Below are positions 1 through 14,800 of a stretch of DNA of 64,000 nucleotides, piece by piece (position 1 is the stretch's first letter; each line of letters starts with the position of its first letter). Source of the DNA: the human T2T-CHM13v2.0 reference genome, Homo sapiens; assembly GCF_009914755.1 (NCBI RefSeq), contig NC_060928.1, one strand, 5' to 3'. The notes beneath the pieces were generated by a model. It did no database searches. It was not told the DNA's origin and saw only the letters and a program-made list of their open reading frames with translations. A program made the position numbers and the translations under genes.

Positions 1-59
1 CTTTTATTTCTCTACTTTCAAGAAGTCTTTCCTGGGATTGAGAACCATCTTCTATACTC

Positions 60-250
60 CTCAACATGTATTTGTCATAGTACTTACCAACCATAGTGTA
101 ATTCCTTTTTTTAAACATGTCTCCACCTGAGTCCTTTGAATATAAGATAGTGTACTATTTAATCTGTGTAGTCTCTTTGCTTATAGTTAAGTGCCTTGTA
201 CATGTTAGGCATTTAATAAATTCATATTGATAAATTTAGTGAATGGATGC
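60..250 (+). mobile_element. L2 3' end fragment
   Basis: Degenerate L2 terminus (gtgccttgtacatgttaggcatttaataaat...gaatggatg); boundaries approximate. Confidence 0.55.
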
Positions 251-3232
251 TAAATACTTAACTAAATAAAGCATGGAGGTTAGCTGCAATATTTTGTTTA
301 TTAAATTATAGTCTCAAATAAAACACTAAAATTATCCACAAATGACTTAAAACTCACTAAACCAAAAAGAAATTTATCTGTAATGTCCCCACTGAGTTGT
401 TGTAAGAAACTAAGAGGAGTTTATAAGTAAGGCATCCTCTTGGTTGAAGCCTCATTTGTGAAGACGTTGACATACTTATGAATTGGCTTTCTGAATTCTT
501 CCTCCAAGTGACCAAATTTCAATAAGTTTTGGAGCACACCCAGGAAAAAAGATAAATAGAATTACCCATATGGTTAGCATGCTTTTCTAGTTCTATAAAC
601 ATGCAACAGATAACAAAAGTTATAAATATGTTAAATACCTTTCTATCCCACTGCTCCCTTAAATGAGTTGCACAGCCTGCAGGTTGATTGTACATTTATA
701 CAAATTTATAATGACAGATAATGCTGAATCGCATATGATTAGCTACTTCATCTTTGAAAAGCTGCTATTCTTCCACTTGCTAACAATGAAAAGGTGAATT
801 CATTAAAAGATACTGAGAGCATCTTTATGCTCTGATTAAAAATAAATGAAGAAAAGGCTTATAAACCCTATGAAAAAGAGAATAAATCAATGACAGTGTC
901 CATGTATAGGCAATTGACTTGGAACTGGTGATATTTCCAATAAAAATACAGTCTTTTAAGAGGAAGTACAGCTGTTATTTCAGAATTGCAGTCTTCATTG
1001 AGCCACTATACCAGATTGAATAGGGATAAAGAGGCATTTCATGTGTTATCAGACAGATTTCTAAAAAAAGAGTTCACGGACAGCCAAAAGCAGAAAAATG
1101 TTAAATATATGTGAGTTGTTTACTAATCCTGACATTTTAAAAAATCTGTAACTTCAAAGCATTCTGGAAAAATAGCTCAGGGAATCCAACTGTGCAAAAG
1201 CAGTATGGTCCATTATAGAGATAAACTCAGTACATCTGTTTGGCTGGAACATTAAGAGCTTGTGAATTAGGTTGTAAAATGCACGAATGAGAGACCAATT
1301 TTATACAACTTTTGTTGTCATTTTATGTCCTCCGTTATCTCCATGTCTACATACATCTCCTTTCAATTAATATTCTTAAGTGAAACTGGATTTGATTTTT
1401 AGAAGTCTCTTATGTTTAGTTTATTGGCAGTGACTCTATCATCTGGTCTCCAGAGGACTTCAATGACTTTGCAAATGTAGTTGTATGTAATTTTCTTTCT
1501 GTTTACATGCAAAGGGAAATTTCAGAATTATCTTCAGATGTTTGTGTCTGATTATGGGAAATAGAAATATTTATAGTCATGTAAAATATTTGAAGCAACC
1601 ACATATATGTTTATTTAGCAGCAAGCATTTATTAAGCACCAACAATGTGCCAGGAACATGAGTAGCAAAAGGAAAATAAGGAATAACTCTTAACTAGGGT
1701 TTAATAAATATTTCACGAGTATACTATGTGCCATGCCTGGCCTATGTGCTTTGAGTATGATGCTAAATAAGAAAAACAGTTCTTGCAGGAGTGTTCAACA
1801 TCACGCCGATGGATCTTAACCAAATTGAGATCAAAATAAACCATTTCTGATGAGAGGAGCAGCCAGAATTATTGAAAAGAATAAAGAAGGAAAATTCCTT
1901 TGGTAGTTTTCTTAAAGATCAAATAGCTCCACAGATGCTAATGATGAATAGAAAGTGTGCCTTTAGGAGTGTTAGAAATACTGAAAATAATTTGATGCTG
2001 TTGCACAAGAGTTAACATAAGAGACAACCCACTGATTTTGAAATCCCAAGACAATTTTTGGAAGAAAATAAAGAGTTCTTCCTACTGTCAGATGGATCAC
2101 ACTATTATACAGAATCCAACTTTCTCATATCCACAAAAAGAAGAGTCAGACATTCTTTTCTATTGAATTAGGCAACAGAAGAGATTGTTGATGGGAGACC
2201 ATCTCTTTAAAACTTTGCACAGAAGGATAACTCAAAAAGACATCAATTTTAATAGTGTAGATATCAAATATATGAAACTTACCAATGTCCTATTTACAAA
2301 CTCTCAAAGGATTCAAGCCTTGGAATGCAGTAGCTAAAGTCATTTCTTTATATTGTTACCTAATATTTCACATTCAATTTGAATATAATAAAAATGACAT
2401 TGACTAGCTCTGTTGTTTACTGACCCTAGTGAACAGAGGAAAAATGAGAGTAATTCCCCATGACAGGTTAACTCGACTACAAAGACAGGTTTTTTTCTAC
2501 ATTGTGTTCTTACAGGTATTAAATTAAAACAGCTCTCCATAATTTTTATTTAGGCTCAAACAACATCTCTGTTGTTGTTAATTATGATTGGCAGTCCTTA
2601 ACAAAGGGACCAAAATGCATTCTGAGTGCTGTCACATCCACTTGAGAATTGCCCCATGCTGATTTAAAACATGACGAGGTGCCCATTTTCTTTCTTTTTA
2701 TCGCACAATTCTTCACAACTAATAAAAAAAAAGTTGAACTTTCATGCTGAAAGTGAATGTTCAAATTCTACCAATAGTGAGGAGTAATTTGTGTACTAGA
2801 AAACAGTGCCATGATTTTAAGCTGTGAATGCATTGGTTTACATTCCTAATGAACTGTGATGAACTCCTAAGCAATTATGCTATGAACTATATGCATACTA
2901 TATGGCCCTGAAAATTATTTAGCTTGATACCGACTCCTCATGACGTGAGTCAGAAAATTCTTTCTCATGCTCAACTGGGCTTTTGAAGAGTTAAAAGAAA
3001 TCAAAGAACATGAGGCAGAAATCATATTTCTACTTATAAAACAAGAACTAGTACAATCAACATCTTCTTTGACTCCTTTGAACTACCTGTGAATATGTTC
3101 CATAATTAAAATTACTATTTTAGTATTTAACAAAAGAAAGAAGCTGTTTCCTAAGAGACACTAAAAAATTGAAGGGTGATTTTGAGAAAATATTTTTAAA
3201 TCTAAATTTAAATGATAGAACAAGCAGGTGCT

Positions 3233-3551
<319 letters not shown>

Positions 3552-4954
3552 TTAAAATAGTATTGTCTGAAATCTGAGTAGAACTCAGTGTTTTTACAGT
3601 ACCATATTACAATTTTTTCAGCTTAAGTAGTAAAAATGGGAACAAACATCCTCAACATAAACTTATCCTAAAGCTGATTTAGGATTGGTCTAAGTTAAAG
3701 TATTGGGCTCAAGGGAAAGCAGGTGGTGGTAGAGAACATCATTTAAATTATTTAGAATATAAATTTGAAAATTCAATTTCTGTTTGACATGCCCAAACCT
3801 GAATCCATTTCCCCCTTTGTCTATGAATATGTAATTAGAGGTTTAATAATGATGGCTATATTTTTTAAAGCATGGGAAACTGACCAGAGCCTTCAAAAAC
3901 AAAGTCAACATGTTTTGAAAATTAAGACTGTTAGCATTTAGCCTAGCTCTAGAATGCATCCTTAAAACCCAATTATCATGGACATAATACTGTATTTAAA
4001 ATCCCCATCTTCAACTTTAAAAAAATTGTTGGTCATAAAGTCCTTGTGACATTTTGTTAAATACCCTTGAAAGTGGTACAAGCTTTACTTGATTGTTTTT
4101 CACATTTATAAGGCAGAAAAATTCAATGTTTAATAGAGAAGTATAAATACACATTATGTATCTCATTATATATATCAATGTCACTAGTGAACTACATTTT
4201 TATGGCAATTTTTTTCTTTTTTGTGTCAAAATTTAACAAAAGATAAATGCGTGACCCACCAATGCACTGTAGACACATAAAATTGTTCTTTGATTTTGAC
4301 TGTGCCCAAAATTTATAGAGTCTCTTTATATTTACAGCTCTTTATCTTAGACTCCAAATTAACAATCCATTTGGGATTGCTGCACAGTGTATTCTATCTG
4401 CTTCAGTTGTTTTCTAGCAGTTAGTGTTTATATCCGTTGTTTAAGCTCTACTTTAGCATGTCCTAAAAGTATATCTTCTGCCTTTACTATTTTAAATTCT
4501 TCATTCTCTAGTAAACACCAACTTGGATATTAAACAAGAATTATTTAACTAGTCACAGAGGTGAATAAGACAGCATGATGGCTGTTTTCATGGAGCTTAG
4601 AATACACAAGTGACACAAACTAGGAAGCATGCAGCTCCATCATAGAATCACAATTGTCATGCTGAGGAAACACAAGACACCACGAACATGGAATTCACAG
4701 ATATCCTGCTATTTAGCGTACTGCAACTGGGTCAAATACATACTAAGTTGTGATACTGAAAGAGAGGAACACAGACCATGAGCCAATTTTTTACCTAGTC
4801 ACAAAGGAAGAAAGAAATTGTTCAAATAACTCACTTGATCTTTGCTTCAATAGAGTGTCAGATTATTTAAAATTTTCTTTTATCTATAAAAATGTAAGAT
4901 TCAGTAACATAAATATCTAACTAAACTACTCTTTTCATGTCTTTGTGTTTCCTT

Positions 4955-5150
4955 AAGAGACAGCTCAGTTTACAATCCTGTTTTTTACCACTTACTAGCT
5001 ATGTGATATTTGACAAGTTTTTTAACCTCTAGGTGACTCAGTTCACCAGATAATAATTACTGACTTCATCAGGTGTTTGAGAAAATTAAAAGAACTCATG
5101 GATATAAAACTATTAGAACTGTATTCATGACACAAAATCGGCACAGAACA
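4955..5150 (+). mobile_element. MIR
   Basis: MIR core ccacttactagctatgtga...caagttttttaacctct...ctcagtt; boundaries approximate. Confidence 0.7.
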
Positions 5151-5813
5151 TTATAGTTATTTTTTCCTCACTGTTTCCAAAGGCCACGGCAAGAGATAGA
5201 ATCAGCCATATTGTTTAATCCTTCAATATTCATCATTAACTTCCAGAAAATAAGCATTAGTTTAAAAAAGCATAGTGTAATCAAGCATAAGGAAATATAT
5301 TAGGAAAACTTGTTTAGCTAATGAAAATGTTTATAGTAAAAGCCATATGCTAATAAACTCACAATAACTTTATGTCATTCAAGTAAATATGAAAAACTAC
5401 AAAAACATTTTTCCCTATTTAAGCATGTCATTACTACATGTTTTTATAATAGACTATAGCCAGGAATACAACAAATTAATGAACCCAAATTGAGTGGAAT
5501 TATAAGTTGTGATTCAAGATGTTTGCAATTTATATAGTAAATTCTTTGGGGCTCATAAAGACTTAGGTTTTGGGGGGATTAATGTCCTATAAAAACAGTA
5601 CACTTAGGGTTTTGTTTTGGGAATTATATCTCGAGATCTGCAACTAAAATAGCACAATATTAAGTATAAACATTACAGGAAGGCTAGTTTCTAAACTAAG
5701 CAATGTTCACAAACTGCCACTGATGGCAGTGTGAAACCATATGGGCTTTTTCCAGCTAAAATGATGATGATGATGCTGAAATTTCATTTTTTATTTTGAT
5801 ATTCTCATAGTAT

Positions 5814-6288
5814 TGATGCAGGGCAGGCAAGCCCCGAAGTGGAGCTTAGCCTGCTGGGTTCTTGGCTTTGCTCAGGGAAGAATTCAAGGGCAAGACAGAG
5901 GTAGAAGAAAACAGCTTTATTGAAGAGGCAGTGTTGTTACAGCTCCATGACTGCCCCTGTAGAGCAGGGCTACCCTATGGGCAAAGAGTAGCAGCTCAGG
6001 GCAGTTTTGCAGTCATATTTATAACCCACTTTTAACTGCATGCAGATTAGGGGGCAGTTTATGCAGAAATTTCTAGGGAAGGGGTAGTAACTTTTGGATC
6101 ATTGGGTCATTACCATGGAAAGGGGCAGTAACTCCCGAGTGTTGCCATGGCAGTGGTAAATTGACTTGACAGGCTGGTGGGCATGTCTGATGACAAGCTG
6201 CTTCTGCCCCGGCCCTGTTTTAGCCAGTGCCTAATCTGGTTCACTGTCTGAGCCCTGCCTCTGGAATTGAATCCCACCTCCTACCTCA
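5814..6288 (-). mobile_element. ERV1-class solo LTR (MER66-like)
   Basis: TG...CA termini and perfect 4-bp TSD GTAT (5810-5813, 6289-6292). The minus strand has a TATA-like box (~6016-6024) and AATAAA (5916-5921). Family name is from recall. Confidence 0.85.
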
Positions 6289-7749
6289 GTATCAATACTA
6301 AAAACTAAAATGTTTTATAATTTTAAAACATGTTAATAACTATTTGATAGTTTAATATGTTAATGAAACTGAAAGCAGTCTTGTCAATTATATAGAAACA
6401 TAACCTATGTTAAATATAGATTGAAAGAAAGCCTTTAAGCTTAACAGAATTACTGAACTCTGGTTTCATTGTAAACTTAAATGTAATACATATTGTAAAT
6501 ACCTATGAAATACAATTTAACATGTAAGAAAGATATAAAGAATCTTGCTAAGTATCTATTCCCACTATTTTATGTTATTGCAACACTAAAATATACCATG
6601 CCGGATCTGAAAACAAATTCTCAGTAACCAGTGAAATTTGTTTCTTTGATCTGAGAAAATCAAAGTTCATGATAGTATTCTGAGTTCAGTTTGAAGTGAA
6701 GAACATGCCATGCCAGATTGCAAAAGTTGGTTCTGGATTTAAACCATCTTTGACATTATTTAATATAAACAATCTGAAAATAATTTATACTATTAAAATT
6801 ATTGAAAAGGAAAATTATCTTTAGATGTTTTTTCCAAATACTGTTTTAATACCGATTTTGCTGAGAACAATGACCAAGTTCCTAAATCAGCAACCAATTT
6901 TTGCCTAAAGTAATTTTTAAGAAGTCTGTATTTTATATAAAGGTGATTCAAACTTTGTTGGCTTTTAAATTTTGAAATAGTATGACTTCTTCACATAATT
7001 ATCTACAAAGCTATAAGGAATTGTTGATGGCATTCTCTTCTAACTTAGATCCTCTTTGATATCATTATAGTCTCTTCTAAATATAAAAGTCATTTTGCTA
7101 TATCAGCAGGGACTGTCTACAAGTACCACGCTTCTGTGCTATTGTTGTACTGATTAAAGGGTTAAGGCCACTTAGCCTTTAGTCCTCTGCCTTACATCAC
7201 CACCCAAGGAGTGCTATAATCCTCTAGAAATGCATTGCCTGCAGTGTGGCACTGCTTAATAAATCACTCCATCTTATTTATCTTTCTCTTGACATATAGC
7301 TAGCAGCAGGAACCATTATCCTATGACAATGTTAAGTTCTATTGACATTTTCTCTTAATTAACTACACTAATTTTTACATTGGAAACAAACTTCCTTTAT
7401 TTAATGCTATCTTAAACAAAGGAAGTGTTAAACTTGTCATACCTGCATCATCATAACATGTTTTGAAATAAGTGAAATGTCTTTGTTACCTTTCCAGAAG
7501 ACCAGTTTATTCTGCTGAGAAAACAAGTTTGTACTTATAGAATCATATTGCATCATTTCTTCTAAACTCATTAGACATCTTAATAATATATAAGAGCCCC
7601 AAAATATATGTCTGAATTCCTCTGTGATACATATCCCTTCAGTCATTTGAACAAATTTTATGTACAGTTTCATAAATTGAGAAAAGCATTTTTTTCAGAT
7701 TAAGCATGTCTTACCTATCTTAGAACCAAGCATTTTGGGTCTAAATTAA

Positions 7750-8290
7750 AGATCATTCAACAGTTAGTGTATGTAATGTGCCAGGCACTATTCAAGCTGT
7801 TGGGGCTGTATTCATGAGAAAAACACACATATATTCATGCCTTCATGGAGCTCATCTTCTAGTAGAGGGAGACTGGCAACAAATAACAGCCATAATAAAT
7901 AAATAAATAAATAAATAAACTACATATATCAGAACTCAAATGCTATAGAAGGAGTAGTTCAGAGTAAGGAGAATTGGAAGTATGTATGGAACTGTTACAA
8001 TTTTCAATTTGTTGCAGTAAGCCTCTTTGAGAATTTGATGTTGAACAAAATCCTGAAGGATAGGAAGGAATATACTTTATAGATAGATATCTGGAGGAAA
8101 GATGATCAGGTATAGGGAAGTTCAAAATGCAAAGGTTCTGCTTGAAGAGGCCGGAAGCATAGTTTAGTAGGAGGTGAGGACAGAGAGGTCCATGAGTTCA
8201 GATGAGATTGACCTTTGTAGACTTTCACATTTACTCTGAGAGGAATGGAGAATTATGGAGTACTTTAAGCAGAGAAGTGACAGGACAAAC
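7750..8290 (-). mobile_element. L2 fragment with internal (TAAA)n
   Basis: cattcaaca...atgtgccaggcactattc...tgccttcatggagct...tttaagcagagaagtgac, typical of an antisense L2 3' region. Confidence 0.75.
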
Positions 8291-11183
8291 ATTAAGACAA
8301 ATATATGTAATTGTAATGGGAGGCATTGACAAACTTTTCTAGAGCTATTCTATTTTCCACATCTGGCATATTTGAGGATTTAATATTTGTTTCAAAAAAT
8401 GTAGATTTGTATCTAAAGGAGTCATGATTATATTTTATAGGTATACAAATGTATACATGTTTAGGTAGATACATGCTGGTTGCAAAATATACCCAGCCGT
8501 CGTACATTTTAAAAAACTTTAACTCCAAGATCTAGCCATAATGTTTTCTACTCTGCAGATCAGACACATATGGTTATCCATTATGGAACACATGTTAACA
8601 AGTAAATCAAGAGATACGTCTCATTCCCAGCTGTATTTGTGGTGATGACTCCTGAAGAAGGCCATTCTTTTCTGATAAATCTTCCCTGGTGCTTTTGGTA
8701 GAGAAGGTACAGAGAGAAAGCAAAAGTACAGGCATTCTTAGTTTATTTTTTTCTTCTCAATCAACCTAGTTTCTTTCTGGGAAGAATAAATGCTATTTCA
8801 CAAAATCAGTTTACCAGTTTACTTGAAATGTATTTGGAAAGAAATATACATATATATGGTAAAAAATTCTTTGCTACATCAAATCAATCTACTAATAATG
8901 CCTTTCAGAGTAGAATTAAATAAGGCTTTCTTTTTAGAAAATTCTTCCTGAAAAGAAATTAAATTGAATATTTTTATTATTTTTATTTATTTAAAATGTA
9001 TATATACCTTCTATTTATCCATAAAGATCTTAAAATCTGCTAACATTCATAATAGCAGTGCATTCTTTTGCTTCACTCACAGAAAAAAAAATGAATAACC
9101 TTCTATCTCCAATCTTCCTTACCAAGGCCAACTCTTTCCATTTAAACATTTCTTGATTTTTAAATTTGCAGTCATTTGGCCACAAAAGGCCATCTGGAGT
9201 ATAAGATTAAATAGACACTAGGTTCAACCACAGTAGGAATCTGTAAACTCAGCATTATCCTCCAGAAAACCTTCCTTTGAAAATGATGTACAGTTCTTCT
9301 ATTAGGGCTGCACTTAATCTCTAAGCTATCGGAAAACAAGGTCAGATCTTCTGTTGACACAGGAAATAGTGCAACCGGTCCCCTGTAGTTATTGCAAATA
9401 GTTGTATAGATTAGTGACGTTTCTGAAAAACTAAATATTTTTAAATGGGTCTTTAATATTCAGTCCTCCAAATACAGAAAAAGGATTAGGTTAAAAAGTG
9501 AAAATTAAAATGTTCACTATGATGTTCATTGATTTTTAATTTTTCCTTCTGAGCTTGTATTGACCCAAGTGACATTCTACAAATGCTGACTTAAATTAGG
9601 TTAAGCAAGTTGAAAATTACATTTGATGACCTGAATAATTCATTAAAAAGGATAAGCATATAAAAGCCTACTTTAGTAACACAAACACATTTTTTATAAT
9701 AATGTAAGATATTGAATCTGGCCACAAACAATGTCCAGGATGGACACTTTTAAGTCGGAATGAGTAACTTTCTTGCTACTAAATTATATACAGTACATAT
9801 TTAACTGATGAACCAAAAGAGAGTAATTTGGCTAAGTAAAAGTCATTCCCAGCACTAAAAGGCAATTTAACATGCATTTACCCCCAGGAAACTTAGAAAA
9901 TGAACAGTAATTGCAGAGGTCAAACTTGTAAGCTGGCTATACTTACTTGTTTCACTCCAAGACTTGACAGCGATGCAATTTAATCCTCAAATCTGTGACT
10001 ACCTGAGACTATCATTGAATTGAGGGAGCTTATCAACTAAGAAAATTAAAAATAATTGTACTAGTTTATAGCTCAGGTGTAGATAATTCCATATACCAAA
10101 TAAATATTATCGTGATGTGTTGTGAGTTTATAAGTTAACATATTACATACGTGTGTGTATACGCACACATATATCTTATTTCTCCTTTAGGGGACGATCT
10201 CTCCCTGATTTTTCAATGTAGTTTCATAAACTTTCTAACACTAATTGACAAAATTAAAAACAAATATTGTGTAATGCACAGATGGCAGAAAGTAAGCAAA
10301 AGTGTATGATTTCAAAAACAAAAATCTACAGATATATTCTTATCAATTTATTTTTAAATTTTAAGTATTAGCTAAACAGTCTTATTAAGAGCCATTTTCA
10401 TATAAAATAGTACATTTTTATATTTTATTTTCTGTTATGGCTCATTCTTAGTGATATTAAAACAAACAAGTAACACAATGTTTGTTAGACGTGCATTTTT
10501 GTCTAATCTATTTTACAAATCTTTTAGCAATATAATTAAAAATATTTGAAATCAGGGAATTCAAAGGAAGTGAAGGAATGAGAAAAGCCTAGTGAAATAA
10601 AGATATTATAAATAAGATATTAAAATATAGATTTAATTTTTAAATGGGAGCATCTGGCATGAGTGAAATAAAATGAAACAAACCTCACGGATAAAACTTT
10701 GTTATTAAAACTCTTTTCCTTCCTTCTTTTGCTTCTGTGCAGATGATATTTTGATAATTTCCTCTGAAAGTAACTGAGGCTGTGCTGCTTCTTATAGATA
10801 GGCTGCAAGGAGGGGAAACCCATTATCTTTCAACTCTTAAACTGTCTCTTCATAAGATAAGCATTTCAAAAATTGTATTCCGTAACTCCCCTTCTAGTTT
10901 TTATCCCTCAGTTTTTAGTTGACTAAATTACCAAAAACAAAAGTGATGGGGCAAATTCTATAATAGGTCTGAGGGGTCTGAAGACTCAAATGAAGCTTAC
11001 AGAGATCCTAACCGGATGATCTAGTACTTTTGATCTTTGATTTGGTGTGTAATTGGTTATCAGGATTTGTTTGCTAGAAAATTTACCCTTAACACAGAGA
11101 AATGTGGAAATTTTAGCTTGAAACAATTCTCAAGATTATACATACTTTTCAAGTTTAAGACATATTCCTTATTCATTACTTAA

Positions 11184-11538
<355 letters not shown>

Positions 11539-11581
11539 TTGAATTTAATATTTTATTTATGCTGATTGAAGTTAGAATTTT

Positions 11582-11869
11582 GGCCAGGCGCGGTGGCTCA
11601 CACCTGTAATCCCAGCACTTTGGGAGACTGAGGCGGGCGGATCACCTGAGGTTGGGAGTTCAAGACCAGCCTGACCAACATGAAGAAACCCCATCTCTAC
11701 TATAAATACAAAATTAGCCAAGCATGGTGGCGCATGCCTGTAATCCCAGCTACAAGGGAGGCTGAGGCAGGAGAATCATTGAACCCAGAAGGCGGAGGTT
11801 GCAGTGAACCAAGATCACGCCATTGCACTCTAACCTGGGCAACAAGAGCAAAACTCCATCTCAAAAAAA
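11582..11869 (+). mobile_element. AluSp-like
   Basis: ctgaccaacatgaagaaacc, ggcgcatgcc and caacaagagc (Sp-type). TSD aagtta(g/t)aatttt at 11569-11581 and 11870-11882. Confidence 0.93.
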
Positions 11870-14800
11870 AAGTTATAATTTTATCAGCAGATGATCTCTC
11901 AGGGTATAACTTTTAACCATAATTAAAGAAATGTTAGATTAGACTTTATCCATATACATTAAAAATATGAAATACTACTGAATATATAGTTCCTTTATTT
12001 AAAGCCACAACAAGAGCATTTCATTCACATAGCTAAATGATCAATGTGGTGGATATTCTCCGTATTTATCAGGAGTTTAAAAAGTAAACTTATCAGATAA
12101 AAATAAGGAAAAAGAATATTCCAGACATTTCAAAGTTTAAGCTGGTAAACAGTGTGAGGATCCCATTTTTGCATATGAATGGAACAAAGGTTGGAGAGAA
12201 GACTAGAGAAAATGTTAGGGGCCAGATAGCAGACATGCTCAGGTAGAACACAAAGAAAATCGACTTTATGTTACAGAAGATAGATATTCATTAAAGATGT
12301 TTCATCATCAAACTGGCCCAATAAAATTTATGTTTTAAAACTGGGCTCTTTGCAGACAGTATGAAGCATGATTTGAAGGTTATGAGACTTGAAATAGAAT
12401 AGCTGAAGTAATGCAAAGCTGAAGAAAATCAGCCACCACCACTACCACAACAAAAACAGAAGAAGGAATAGAAAAGAGAGAATAAACCAGAAACCCACAC
12501 GACAGGGCTTAGTGCCTGATGGAGTGTCAAAAAACAGTAAATATATTAATATGTATGCAACAGTAGTTTCATACTGCATGTAATGCTATTAAAATTAAAT
12601 TACTAGTACATCCTTGACATCTATTTTTTCCTTTAACTATTTTTTCCTGTAACATTATTTACTGTCTATATAAGACTATATTATTTGTATGTGTGTACAT
12701 AAATATGACTTCTTTGCCAACTTCCCTTTTATTATATGTTTATACAATTTTAAAAAATCATTCTAGTGGTTCAATCTTTGTGCACATCCATGGTCATTTT
12801 CTGAAGAAATTATCCTAGATATGCAGCTTCTGAGTTAAATGATATGTATGCATCTAAGACTTGATACTTTCAGCTTAACATTGTACCATACTTCATATTT
12901 GAACATTTCAACAATTAAAATCACATAAGTTTTAATAGACTTTAAAAATATTTATTTAGAAAAGTAATAGTCAATTAAAATAATGTAAAATTCAGCTTTA
13001 CATTACTGTGTCCCACTAGATATTGAGAAGAAGCTTAAGTACATTCAAACAGTTGAAACTACTTGGACATAAAACATGACAACTCTGCACACCTTAAAAA
13101 TTACCTAAATCATTTGGACAAAAGTGTTTGAAATTTGTTGCTGATAATGTAAATGTTAAAAACGTAGGCAAAAGGCAAACTGAAATTTAGCTCAAACCTT
13201 TATATGTGTATTGTTGGTGTTTATAAAGGTATAAAATAATACCATGTAATGCAAGAAGGCTATAACTAATTCATATTGCTTCCTCAGTTAATGTCTTCAC
13301 ATAAAAACTACCCGAGATGTCTATTTTTTGAATAGCAGCTTGAATTTTCAAATATTGTAAGAGTCTCTTGTGTATTGCCATATGTGCATAAAAAATTTCT
13401 AAGTCTGTGAAACTTGGAAAAAGCAGCAAATACATATTTTTTTCTATTTTCAATAAATTTATGCAGAGAAGTAGGGTGAATGAATGCCTTTTGGGAAAAG
13501 GAAAGCAAAAATATAACTCACCATTTTGTTTGCATGTACAATTTATACATTGAAAGTGCTATTCACTAGCATATAATCTATTATATCTAAGATTACATAA
13601 AAAGTTATTTGCCTAAGTAATTAAAAAAGAAAATATAAAAACAATTTATAATTCCAATACTGGGTGCTTAGAATTTTCTTATGATTCAATTAAAAGTTTA
13701 TATACTACTACTAAAATAGAGAAACGACAAATGCATTTGTTGAGTTATCACTAGAACATGAAGTTAAGATATGTAGAATCACAGCCTGCCTCCTAGAACA
13801 ACTCTGAGGACAGAATTATTCACCTATTACTTCTCTTACTTGTCATTAGAATCTCTTGTCATTGCAATATCACCTTCCATCTATTTTCTTTACATCTTCC
13901 AGGATCATCAATTCATTATATTGGTTATGTTTTAAGTTGACTGCTTTTTAGAATCATCTAAATAACTTGGTCTAAGTAAATTATTTCCAACTCAAAATAA
14001 TGGGGAGTTTTTCTGAGTCTTATAGACAAACTCTTATTCTGTTTGTTTTAAATTTATTTGCTTGAACCTGCCCTAAATTTTTAGTGTAGGAAGCCCATGA
14101 TCTAAACCTATTTATTCTAGTCATTGAGGAGAATAGAGGGAGAAAACGAAATGGAAATAATAAATCAGAACCCTTGGTGGAAGAAATGGCGCATGTACTT
14201 GGAGGCGGAGACACCAGGAGGCTTCCTAAATTCTCTGACATATGTCACTCCCTGCCTGGTTTTCTCCCTTCCCTATGATAGCCTGTGATCATATATTGTA
14301 TTATTTCCCCACTCCTCTATGATATTCACCTTGGGTTAGGAAGCCCAATATTGCTTTTCTAGTCATACCATAAGCCTGTTGTGAAGATTAAATAAGAATA
14401 CAGTTCTAAAACACTTAAAACAATGCATAATGCCTTAGTAAATACTTAACAAATAGAGGCTTTCATATTTTGTTTCCTGACCTTTGCTTTGTAACCTCCT
14501 ACTCTCTGATCTTGACCTGAGTTTAATAAGTTTTTTGTTTTGTTTTGCAACTTCACCCTGATCCCCTTCCTCCCTGAGCCTACTTCCTCTTTGTTACATC
14601 CATGGTTTTGATTTACTGCTTCAGCCCAGTACAATAACCTTGTTTCCTGATTTTCCTACTGCTCATCAATTCAAGTCCCTAACTCAGTGACTCCAGAGGC
14701 TGTAAGTTGAAAGTGTAAGAACTTCCTGGAAAAATTATTTTAACCATTTTTAAATCTCTTATTCAAAAGAATATGTGGAAAAGAAATCAGAATAGAATCA

